Notes under the pieces: model-generated
The model's database searches: none
What the model was told of the DNA's origin: nothing
What the model saw: only the letters and a program-made list of their open reading frames with translations
Shown: positions 38,697 to 51,000 of the stretch, one piece after another
How positions within the stretch are numbered: position 1 is the first letter of the stretch
How the letters are laid out: each line of letters opens with the position of its first letter
Source of the DNA: Malacoraja senta
Lineage: Eukaryota
NCBI GenBank assembly: GCA_038087875.1
Contig: CM075978.1
Span: 41,726,001-41,790,000 of the forward strand
Direction: 5' to 3'
DNA: 64,000 bases
Translations under genes and position numbers: made by a program

Positions 38697-41419
38697 GGGA
38701 GAGAAGACCTGGTCTCAGGGCAAATTAAAAAATAATTTAATATGTTTGCCTTTTGTTAGTGGGGTGCATTCATCATAGTAAGCAATGTAAATATCCTTAC
38801 CAGCCACACTTTATGAAAGAAAGCTATTTTTGATAATAAAATGATGCATCATTCGTCAAACTCTCTGTTTAGGGACACATTTTTTCAAATCATGTTTCTT
38901 GAGTCATTTAAGTTTGTGAACTTTTCTTTTTAATATTTATATAGTACTTTAAAGAATTTTGTTTGATATTGGAAGTTTCATATTTAATACATTCGGCATG
39001 CCCTCTGTAAGGAATATATATATTTTGTCTAACTACTACACAGTTTAAAGATAAAAGGCTAATTTAGGCAAATTAACCTTGTGTATTTAAGTGGACCACA
39101 TAACGTATTTTTGGACTCTTTTGTTGAAGCGTTGCAGTATTTTATACTAACTGGTAATAATATCAATTTCAAACGAACATAAAAAAGAATTTGGTTCCAG
39201 AGGTATATTACACAACCACTTAGCACTTAGCACATGCCATCAAATGATTAACTGTGAAATAATAATGAATCTACAGAAACCAATCATTAAAGAAAAAGCC
39301 ATCTATCTTTAAATTACCTAATCTGATAAGATTTTTTGATAATGAATCACCACAATACAGATTGTCCTTATTTGGAATAAAAATAGCCATATCATCATTA
39401 AAAGTTGATATTTACAATTGTATATTTCCTATGAATAAAGCGTTAACAGTTTTTTATAAACCGGCATCTGCAGTTCCTTGTATCTAATAATTCAATACTG
39501 TGGTACAAAATTTCTGCCTATTTTTGTATATATTTCCTTAACATTTAAAATGCAATGCCTGCATAGTAACTAATAAATCCATTAATAATAGTAAAGAAAG
39601 TTTAAAAATAAATTCAGGTATGCACGATTACAAGGAATGATTTGCTGGCAATGACTAAGGTTGTAATTCAATCTTGGGCTCCTAATACTCATGGACTACT
39701 CAAGCTTTGCTCTTGTGTTTGTGACATCACCATAACTGTGCAGTAGAATTACTACTTTATATCTCTGCACCAGAAATTGACTATTTTATTGTGGGGGGTA
39801 GTTGAGATTGTAATTAGTAAATAACAATTACGGCTTTTCATCTATTTTCCTTTTTTAAAATGCAATCGAAATTAATAGTGTGGCAAAAATCACAACAATG
39901 GAATTACCACTTTACTAATCTATAACTCTTTGAAACGGTGTTCCCTGTTTCCCCCCCCGCAAATGTAACTAACTGACAATGTTAATCGTTCTAGGGCAAG
40001 GCAGGTAGAAGGTTTAATGCGCAAATCAATTCCAATTTTAAAACCATGCAATAATAAATAGCAACAGTTCTTTTGGCCAATAAATAATTACATTGGCTGA
40101 TGTTAGTATCAAGGGTGTCAAGAGAGTAAAAGCAAATGTGTGTATCTAACCTCTCAAACTACCCAACTAAAATGTTAACAGTTATTTGCCTTTTTGGCCT
40201 ATATATACACATGCATACCTACCCCCAACAGCCTCAATGAAGTACTAAAGTGTAAAATAGGGATTTCTGAGAAGTAGGTAGATTCACAGCTGTACTTAAA
40301 AATGGTCTCCAGAACATGCAGCTGCCCCTCCTCGGAGCGCTATTTGCTGACTGCTAAATATTTCTGCCCTAACCCTGTTTTACCTTACCCAAAGCTATAG
40401 CAACAAATCTGAAGCACAACTTGATTGGCTTGGACTTCGTACTTTGCAAGGGGAAATTAAACCATATTATTACAAGTTTTGCTTTGAAATATCTATTCTA
40501 TGCATTTGCCCTGAAAATATTTCACATTGATATTCTTTACTAAGCACAGGAATTCAAAATGCATTACCTGCATCCTCATTTTACATTTCATTACAATTAA
40601 CATACATCCATAATCAGGTTATAAACCTTTCTTTTATTGGTAATTCATTAGCTGTCACCTATTTATCGGGGTTATGCTAAGCAGTACTCATGAGTGAATA
40701 GTTTGTCCTCATGATCAAACTAGGCGGAGAAAGCTATTACTTTCACACTTTAAAAGCATATAAAAAACATTTGCTTCTCCTTTGTCTATAGAGTAAAATA
40801 GCAGCAAGAGTTTAAGCATTGCCAATCCTGAACTCCTACTGTTTAAAACTAGTTTTAACTCAAAATCCTTTGCAATGCAGGCAGCTGCTACCAGAGCATT
40901 CTAATAGGCAAAGCAAAATGGTCTCCTTAAAAATGGCTCTGCAACTATTTTCTTTGCTTTCTGTCATTTTGCGAGCAACAGTAGAGACAGGAGGGTTTTG
41001 CTATTTCTATATCTGCCAGCAGTATCCCTGTCAAAAGTGCAAGGCAATTTAGGCTAGAAAAAATATTCACTGGCAAACATTCAAAGGAATGCTACCAAGC
41101 AACAAATGATTTCATGCAAAACAAATTAAACGTGTCGACATAAGCATAATCATCATACATAACACGAAGAAATGTTCATCAACTTCTCATTGCTGAATAC
41201 ACTTTCTAATGCTAACCCTGAGCAATTTTGCCAGAAGGATGACATTATTGGATCTAATTTTTTCCCCCAAATGCTCTTCGTTAATGGTGAAAAATAAAAT
41301 AACTAATTGGGTTGTTAGAATTTTAACATGGCATGTGCGCACAAGGTGTAAGCAAACTGTGATTTCACTGTTTTCCTTTATTTGGTCATTACAAACTAAT
41401 AACTATGACATAGATACAA

Positions 41420-41540
41420 ACAACTGCAGATGCTGGATAATAAACAAAAGGACACAAAGTGCTGGAGTAACTCAGCAGGTCAGGCAGCATCTCTGGGGAA
41501 CATGGATAGGTGACGTTTCAGGTCGAGACTCTTCTTCAGA
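41420..41540 (-). repeat. Single Penelope-derived repeat with hammerhead-like core
   Basis: Minus strand ctgaagaagagtctcgacctgaaacgtcacc...; the last recognisable TE before the TE-free zone. Confidence 0.75.
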
Positions 41541-41846
41541 TAACTATAATAACTAGTGCATTTCTCTAATGATGTAAGACATAAGTGAGTTTCTAGGAAA
41601 TATTGAAGAATTGATTTCATTTTTCAATTTCTAAGTGTTTAAAATGTATTGTAATCCTTTTTAAGTAGTTCACTGTAGGATTGTAAACCACATTGTGGCC
41701 TCTTAGAGAAATATAAATTGTATTTCAGTTATAGCACATCACTGCAAGCATTTGATACCCAAATGAAAGGTTATAAGCTCAACTATCAAGGCTCCATACC
41801 ATTTGAACTTTCATTGTGGAGTGATTTCTGTCACTCTGTAACCAGA

Positions 41847-41860
41847 CCACTAGATGGGGC
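41847..41860 (+). promoter_or_regulatory. Candidate CTCF site (CCACTAGATGGGGC)
   Basis: Close match to the CTCF core CCACYAGRKGGC, judged by eye; motif only. Confidence 0.45.
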
Positions 41861-43949
41861 ATTATATAATTTAGTAAATTACTTCATCAAAGGGTGAAAA
41901 ATGCAACTACCTTAATAGAAATCCACCCAGAAACCACCTCCCACCCACTATTCAGTGTGCAGCACTGACAATCATTTTGCACGAGTCAGCATACACCCAA
42001 AAAATCTCGCCTGCTAAACAATTATTACTAGACGTAGAACAATGAATGCATTGAAGGTAATGGAAGAAAAATGTTTGAGGAGAACAATAAAATAATTACC
42101 ATTCCACAAAGCACTTAGATGATTGTTTCCTTGGTTCAGAAGGTGAGTGGTTGAGCAGTAGAGCTTGGAACTCTGCCCCAACCACCCCACTAATTTTATC
42201 TACGGCTGGTGATAATTAGTCAATCTGGATGATAAAAGTTGCCCCATCTGTACTAGATTGGCAAGAAAAGAAAATTCACTTAAAGTTCCAGGGCCTGATC
42301 TGGAACCAGGAACCTTTGCTGGAAATTGCCGTGCATGGATTTGGAGAAGGTCAGGATTAATCTCAGCCCTGATGTCTACCATGACTGTGAAATAACACGA
42401 TTTCACAATATCTGCCGGTCATTGGAAGTATTATCATTTACATGAGATGCCAAGAGGTTCAAGTATCAATGCAACTATATCCTTACAAGGATATATCTTC
42501 AGTTGAGAGAGAACGAAGGTAATTAGCAGAATAAAAGTGAAGTACAGAGATTGCTGCTATAACAATAAATAATGTACCTAAACCCAGAAAGACGTAGAAT
42601 AAATTCATATGCAGTTATAATTTTGGATGAGTGCAATAATATAAAAACTACACTGGTGAACAATTGACATTCTTTTGCTGCAGAATAACAATTTGATCTT
42701 TAAAATGCTAAGTCCACCAAATTCATTGTTAAAAGATAATTCTACATATTCATAAGACTGTTCATGTGCAAGGGTACCACCTGATCTATATCCCATGTAA
42801 ATAATAATGAAATTAAGGAGGTAATATGAAATATGAAAGCATACAGTTATTAAACATTTTCCATGATGACTTTTGGTATCAAAACTATCACTTATAATCT
42901 CCATGCACTTTTCAACTGAGCAACACCTATAGTTCCCACACTTAAAAGGGCTGCCTAACCATTAATGATGTGACTGGAAATGTGAAGCAGATTTTGTTTT
43001 AAAGAACCGTCACAAAATAAAATTTACGCATGGAAGAGGTATTCCTTAAATAGAATGTCAATTAAAATTCTTATTAATTTGCTGAAAGTATTTTGTGAAA
43101 ACGTACTTGAGAGGGAGGGGTGGGGGGGAGGGGGGGGAACACTGTTTCTAACTTCGAACCGACGGGTGTGTGCCTTTTGTCGGGTAGTTCACAGATGAGT
43201 GTTTATACAATGTGGGAGCAGAGAACTAGTTACTTTAAGAATACATTTAGACCATGGTGTGTTAATCAAGTCCCACCCATATTGCTCATGCCTGTGTACA
43301 TGTAAAAACCTGGGTTGATTAGTATATATATTTTTAAGTGTGATACAGCCAGAAGTTATAGTTTGCACGATGTTAAAAAAAAACCACACAAACTTGGGTG
43401 TTTGCAAATAATTACAATTTTCAATGATGTATCTGAATTGGAATCTCAAAAATGAATTGATTTTTGGCTAAGTTATGTTGGGTCTGTAGATTATACTCAT
43501 TGTGGTTAAATATCAACACTATCCAAAAAAAGGTATATTCAAAGGAAGAAATGAATGAAATAAAATAGAAAAGTAAATACAACCCGCACATTACAAATAC
43601 ACCAAAGTTTCAACAATTCTTTAGGAAAATCTTTTTATCATCGAAAACACAGCAAAGACAGGTGTGGATGTTAGATGTTGAAATGAGTTAAAAGCAAACT
43701 AAGATTTCTACTTCAAGCCTAGTAAAATATAATGAAAAATATAGTCAAATCATGACACTTAAAACTGTGAATGAATGAATAATAAACACAACTTTGCCGA
43801 GTCGAAAGGGCATGGCTGCACAATACCCTACTTTACGTCTCAGCGATAATACTGTATGCATATGCTTGCTTCCAACTATCCCTATCCACACACAAAATAT
43901 CTTCATAAGGATTTAGTAGTCATCAAGCAGTTGTATCTTTCTCCCCATG

Positions 43950-44030
43950 TGGCAGATTGTCACCACTGAATAGGCAAGGAGAGGTGTGTGCTTTCGGGGT
44001 GTCAGGCAGCTGTCACAGATCTGTCACTTC
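43950..44030 (-). promoter_or_regulatory. Cluster of MEIS/TALE motifs (TGACA x4) in intron 6
   Basis: tgtca at 43958 and 44000, ctgtca at 44010 and 44021, all in the same orientation within ~70 bp. Confidence 0.45.
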
Positions 44031-46605
44031 TATAATGAAGGCAATCCTAGCTCACAACAAATTAAAACACATTTCCTTTCAATCGGCGCTATTCAAGATC
44101 TAAATCAGTTCAAACACTCTAGCCATTTCATGTGCAAATAAAACAATACAGTACATGCATGGATGAGAATGGCTACACACCAGGTAAACAGAGAAGACTA
44201 TAAGCTGCTTCAGACCCTTTGAAATACTTCTTCATCACCATCAATGCACTAACTTTCACCAGCTGAAATTTAGCTTTGTCATATTACTGAAAATCCATAT
44301 CAAAGGAAAAAGAAGTCAAACGAAATTAATTAAGATCTTCAACAATCACTTATACCTTCCAGTGCCCTTCCTGTGATCAAAAAGACATAAGTAATTGTAA
44401 CAAAGGTACGAGAGAAAGATTTTCATCATTTGTTTGCTGTTATCTCTATTTTCTTTATCAGGTTCCCTAACCTACTCTTCCCTCCCTCCTGCAACCAATC
44501 ACAGTATTACCAGAAATTAATGTACAAAATATTATCACCAGAAAAACAAATTAAATATTTTGCAACTGTCCCTTGAAAAAAAAAAATTATACTAATGTTT
44601 AATGATTCAAATGCAGACAATATAGAGTGAAAAGAGCAATGTATGATCATAATCCATTTCACAAGACACCAAGACTAGTTGTGAATAATTTCCATACAGC
44701 TCTTCATCACTCTGCTGGTGTTCCGGTTGCTCAAATTAGTGCCCCTTTGAAAACAAATGGCAGGGGGTTTGATGTAAAAATTTTCATAGTTGAAATCACC
44801 AGGAAATAAAGGCTCTAAATTATAATACTTAATGAAGTGGTAAAGCCTAACGGGTGCGAGATAAATGGGTTGTTATATTTAGTCTGTTTTGTGTTCAGAA
44901 TGTTGCACCACTGTAACTAAAACTACAGTTATCATATTATCAAAATGTTAACCTCCCAACCTCATCCCATTATAGTGTGTAAATTAGAATTTTTTAATGG
45001 AACACGGTAAATTGGCAATAGCATCTGCCATCTGCCAGTAACTTAAACAGGCTAGTTTATCTAATCTCTTCAGTATAAACACTAGTGTGCTACATTTCTA
45101 CACATCAATATGAATTGAGGTACTTTCCCATTTTGAGAAAAAGCAAATTCCATTTTGTATTGAAAGTCAAATATAATCCCCCTCACAACTATTCTGCGTG
45201 GGGATATGGTCACATTTTACATTATAATCAAACTACAATTGTGATTGAAATGCAAGATAAAACGTTTATTAATCTGATCCAGTTTTACAAACGAGGTCTT
45301 GATAAAAGAATATAAAATGCATTAAAATGTCATCCAATTGTTCAGCAGAGTTTCTTATTGGTTTTTGTCTTCGCCTGCCAAGAAAGCTTCACAAGTCTAT
45401 TGTTTCTTTTATAGTGGAAAAATACCTACTGCGGTCATTTAAAATTACCCCATAATGCGTTCCTCTCGGTTTTAAGACACTGGTGAATTTGAGAAGAAGA
45501 TCATATATTGCGGTCTCCCTTGCGACCGAGGGGGTTTTCTAAGTACAATAATGCGATTTCCACACCTACAGTCCTTCCCCAGGTAACCCTTCAAATGCTT
45601 CAGGGAGACAGTGAGATTTCAAGAAATTGCAGCACTTTTCTGATTCTCTCGGGAGCATGCCTCTACTTTAGTGCGCTGAACGCGACTATCAGTACTGTCC
45701 CTCTGTACGTCCAGCTGACAATCTCTCGCTAGGTATTCGCTCGACGTACAGTATGTCATTTATACATGTTCAAAGCTGACTGGAGACCAGCTGAAAACTT
45801 CGGTGTTCCCCATTTCAACCTTCACCACACCTGCTGCCTCTTCGCGCCGATGCGAGGGGACCCCTCTAAACACATGCACAATTCTTCCTAAAACCACCGT
45901 AACACTCGCAGGTTGACTATGCTACAGGACAAACGTCAAAGCGTGACTTTACTGCCGTTAACTTCGCGGTATCGTTAAAACGAATCACTGACAAATCCAT
46001 ATAAGGCGACTGTGTCAATTGAATCTCGGCATCCTAAGCACATTGGCCAGGTATCGATCGGTTTGAATAAATGAACACATGAAGCATTTTAATGCACGTG
46101 TAACCGCTCCAAAGAACTGTTCTCTCCAACCACAACCGAAAACACAACTTTAACCGGAACATTAGATACAATGTGACGCCAACAGACCCTCCGTAAAAAA
46201 ACAGATATTTGCCTAGAGCGCTCAGTGCCAAATTGCGGGTTTTATTTTAAGTATGCAAACCCTCTGTTTCCATAACCTCACAAAACATAAATAATTCCCT
46301 CCTTGCAACTTGCATCAGTTTCAGTCTCTGACCCCGCCACGATTCTCCGGGCGGTAATAAACACGGCAATCACTACATCTGGAAAACTTGGAATGCAAAA
46401 GTTAACACTCCAACCCAACAGGCCTTGAAACTTCACATTAGATGCATCTTTAAAAAAAAGCAGGGATCGCCAGTCAGCGCTTGTGGAACTTTGCAGCGCC
46501 GTAATGCCAAATTCAAGCAGAAACGCTTTCGCAAGTCTCTGGTGCCAAGAGACGAAGTGGAACCTTAGAGAAAGTCCACCACAGGTAAACAGTCGCGACA
46601 ATTTA

Positions 46606-46833
<228 letters not shown>

Positions 46834-47727
46834 TCAAATGGCGAAATTTCAGAAACCAGTGTTCGTGTGGAGAGGTTGGGATAGCAGACATTATATTTAA
46901 AGGCGAGGAAACAATACTGAAATTGTTCGTGCTCTCAGAATTCTCCAGAGACTGGAGCAACAGGTATTTGAAACAGGACAAAAATATGCAGTTAACATTA
47001 GCAAATAACCCTCCGCATGAAACGACCCATATCATCTTACTACTCATTCATGCTCTCGTTAGAAATGAAATATATTTTGTTCATATCAGAGTGCTGAATA
47101 AGACGGGGCATCTATCTCTACATTATCGCTGGTATTGTAACGGCCGAACACGTCGTGCAATTGCTCACAGTGTTTCATTTGATACTTTGCTTTAAAATAC
47201 TTAGCAATGACTTGACTTTCCTTACTGCGAACAATAATAATTGTGAAGCGGTTACAGCATTGTGTATTCTGTTCGACCCAGTAAGTTAAACACTTCAGCG
47301 ACTATGGAAATCACTTTGCAACACTGTAAAATGAATGTTGCATTCAAACTCAAAGCCACATCAAAGAAACACAGCGATCTGCAACTTAAAGTTGAGCACT
47401 TATAAACCAAGCACCCTCTTTTATTAAAAGAAATCAGCGTTTTAGCCCTTTGAACATGCCCGGTATATTTTGTTTGGGGTTTATCTGAGAAAAATCAAGC
47501 GCCGTTAGTGAAAAACAGCCAATGCTCCTTCTTTTAACGACACGTCAATTTTTATTTTTTACAACGTCTCCTCAAATAATTCAACAAAATAGATGTTTGG
47601 TTTATATGTTTCATTCACAAGTAAGCACGGTTTTTTGTATAGTATTTAAAGCAGTGCGCGTTCCCACTGCACAAACGCATTTACAAATGTAAGAGATCGA
47701 AAAAAAAGCAAATAAAACAGATGTTAC

Positions 47728-47778
47728 CTTTTCTAACTCCAAGAGATGGAACCTTAATACTTGTATAGCTTGAATCAT
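47728..47778 (-). CDS. meis2: Meis2 exon 5 (MIQAIQVLRFHLLELEK), MEINOX/Hth box B
   Basis: 51 nt, ttgcag acceptor and gtaaca donor. Confidence 0.97.
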
Positions 47779-48456
47779 CTGCAAATTCATCACACATGTT
47801 AGAGATGCCAAACAGAAATACTAATCATTCTTTAATTCTTTGGTAGACTTCTATGGCGAAAGTAAAACTTTAAACATTTCAGCCGTGCAGATTACATTGT
47901 TTTTTTTTTAAATCTTTCCAAATCCAACGTTATAGCATTCAGTTCTGTTATGAAATCTTTTCGTGTTCCCCATGTAATTTTAAACGGGTTAAAACAAAAG
48001 TTTGCGGGTTTCTTTAAAAACGCTCTTGAAACTAAGAGGCTGTCTTAATCGGGACGACAAATCTCAATACGTGTTTGAAGTCGGTTTTTGGCTCGTTTAT
48101 AACCGACATCGGTGGGATTTTGCAAAACGATCGTGTCGAAAGTGCGGGAAATGCTGAAGGGGCTCTTTCTTGCCGAGCGGTTTCCTGAACATCCCCAAAC
48201 CTCCCGCGGCTGGCGAGCGGGGTTGTGATGCATGTGTTACGCCGGTAACATTTCATCTCATGTGAAACGCCACCGAAATAAATGGGAGTTATTTTAGGGC
48301 CACGCTAATTAAAATCCAGCAAAAGGGTCATCCTTGTTCTAATAGTTACACGAGGCGGTGTTTTCTTTACAGACAGCAACCCACGTGCACTCTGTGTGTG
48401 TGTATATAATATATATATATTGTGTTATAAAGATAATAAAATGTTGAAAGTCTTAC

Positions 48457-48507
48457 CAAGTTATCCAGCTCTGGATTTGAGGAGAATAATGGCTTTTCTG
48501 CGCGAAC
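48457..48507 (-). CDS. meis2: Meis2 exon 4 (VRAEKPLFSSNPELDNL)
   Basis: 51 nt, ttcag acceptor and gtaaga donor; translated by hand (too short for the ORF track). Confidence 0.96.
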
Positions 48508-48703
48508 CTGAACGATAAGGGAAATAAATTAGCTTAATGCAATCTATGCATTAAGAGTTTGAAAACTTATCTTTAAACACAAGGATAGCCTTGGCGTCTC
48601 AAAAGGCAAGGTACACTTACTAAATAAATAGAATGTGAAACACAATTAGTGTATAAATGATATGTAATTACTTGTAATTTGAGACATTTATTAAAATATT
48701 TCA

Positions 48704-48988
<285 letters not shown>

Positions 48989-49599
48989 TCAATTCTTTAC
49001 GGTCTTGCAGTACATGAACCCTTTAAAACTATGTTATGATTTCTTTTTTCATTTCAATAAAGAGAGTTCCCAGCCCTTCCTTCTATCTGCATTTCTTTGA
49101 GGAAAACCCCTGCAACTGGCTCACAAACTGATCATTCACGATTGGAGAACTGGGCTGCTACTAACGAGCACTGGTTAATATTGTGAATTATATATTAACA
49201 AATGTATATAGTTATTCACCCCTCCAAGTTAAGCAACAAGGCAGCAGCCATTTTGAAGTAAAACATAACTTAGAACAGAAACAGTGCAAAAAAAAACTTG
49301 CAGCTTCCGGTCACTACAGAAAGCTGCAATCATTCACGTTGGTGAATGGTAAAACAAAATCTTCACGTGCATGTAAAACAATATCACGGCGGATCTGACT
49401 GCACTGCGTGTCAGCAAAATAGTGACACAAAGTTCAGTGCCCCGTGCGTGCATGCTAAAACTTTTCAAAACAACTAGATACTTTCTAACCCTCCCGAACT
49501 TGCTCTTTTTTTATTTTGCTTTCTACTGAGTTGTTTATAAACAGTTTTCCTTTTACTCTCTCCGAGGAGTGTCAGTGTTCTTATATATTTTATTACCTA

Positions 49600-50037
<438 letters not shown>

Positions 50038-50117
50038 TCATCATTAGATGAGAAGAATCGAACAGGCCCCACCGATACAGGATTATCCGATAGGTGAGTG
50101 GTGCAGATTAAACCTAC

Positions 50118-50129
50118 CCTTTGCGCCAT
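50118..50129 (-). CDS. meis2: Meis2 coding exon 1 (MAQR)
   Basis: Minus strand reads ATG GCG CAA AGG followed by donor gtaggt (50112-50117). This is the 12-nt first coding exon typical of vertebrate Meis1/2. Confidence 0.95.
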
Positions 50130-51000
50130 CAGTCTGCGCTCCCACACGCGTGGATGTGCCGTCTCTGTAATATCCCCCAGTTCGCCTTAGTTGTGATTGC
50201 ACGAGATCCCTTTATTTTCCCAATCCAGTTTTCGACTTCTGCTTATCCTCCAGTACCGCAGTTTAAAGCGGACCCAGGGAAGGAAACTTTGCCTTTTTCT
50301 CTCTCTCTCTCTCTCTCTCCCCTTGTTTTCTTTTCCAGAAGAAGCGAAAAAAATGTCAAGCCAAAAAAACAACACTGAAGGTTACGATCGGCCCGTCAAC
50401 AGCCTGCTTGTAACAAAACTGTCGTCTCTCATGGCTTTTTGCCACTCCAGCTGTCAATCAAAGCAGGGTTGTCAAGGTATTGAATGAATGATGTTCAGCC
50501 GTTGCAACAACTCCGCTGCCTTGGACCGCTATCTTACTGTAAGAAGAAACGGCGATGAAAACGTTCACGAGGAGTTAACAACAAAAAATAAGAGAGAGAA
50601 TGGGGTGAAAAGCAGCCTCGGCTTCTTTCGTGGCTTTTTTGTTGTTGTTTGTTTGAATAAGTGGCTGTCAGTAAGTATTGAGGAGGTGGCAGGTTGGTTG
50701 GTTACAGAGTGAGTGTGTTGTCAGTAATAATGCGCTGGCAGCGCTGAGCGGCGGCGGCGGAGAATGACGGAACCCGGAAGTAGTGTGGCCATAGCCAGTC
50801 TTACGCCAACCAGTCTCTGATATGCAGAGTATGCAATCCGGACTGCTGCAAGTCATAGGGGGGGAAGCCGAACAAAAATCCCCAACCGCATCCCGCCCCC
50901 CTCCCGCACCAGCACCACCTCCCAACCCCCTCTCTCCCTTCCCAATAAGATTAAAAGACAAGATCTCTAAATCAATCAGCATTGTGTTATCCTAACAAGG
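50130..51000 (-). promoter_or_regulatory. Meis2 5' UTR / proximal promoter
   Basis: PBX-MEIS decamer TGATTGACAG (50451-50460), further TGACA sites (~50470, ~50664, ~50719), ETS site CCGGAAGT (50774-50781), GC-box-like CCCGCCCC (~50892), CCAAT (50942-50946), TGATTGAT (50971-50978) and a (GA)n tract (~50297-50320). TSS not determinable from sequence. Confidence 0.75.
50382..50432 (-). other. Upstream ORF in the putative Meis2 5' leader (MRDDSFVTSRLLTGRS*)
   Basis: aaagccATGa context, 16 codons plus TAA. It is the only minus-strand ATG between 50130 and 50789. Confidence 0.65.
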
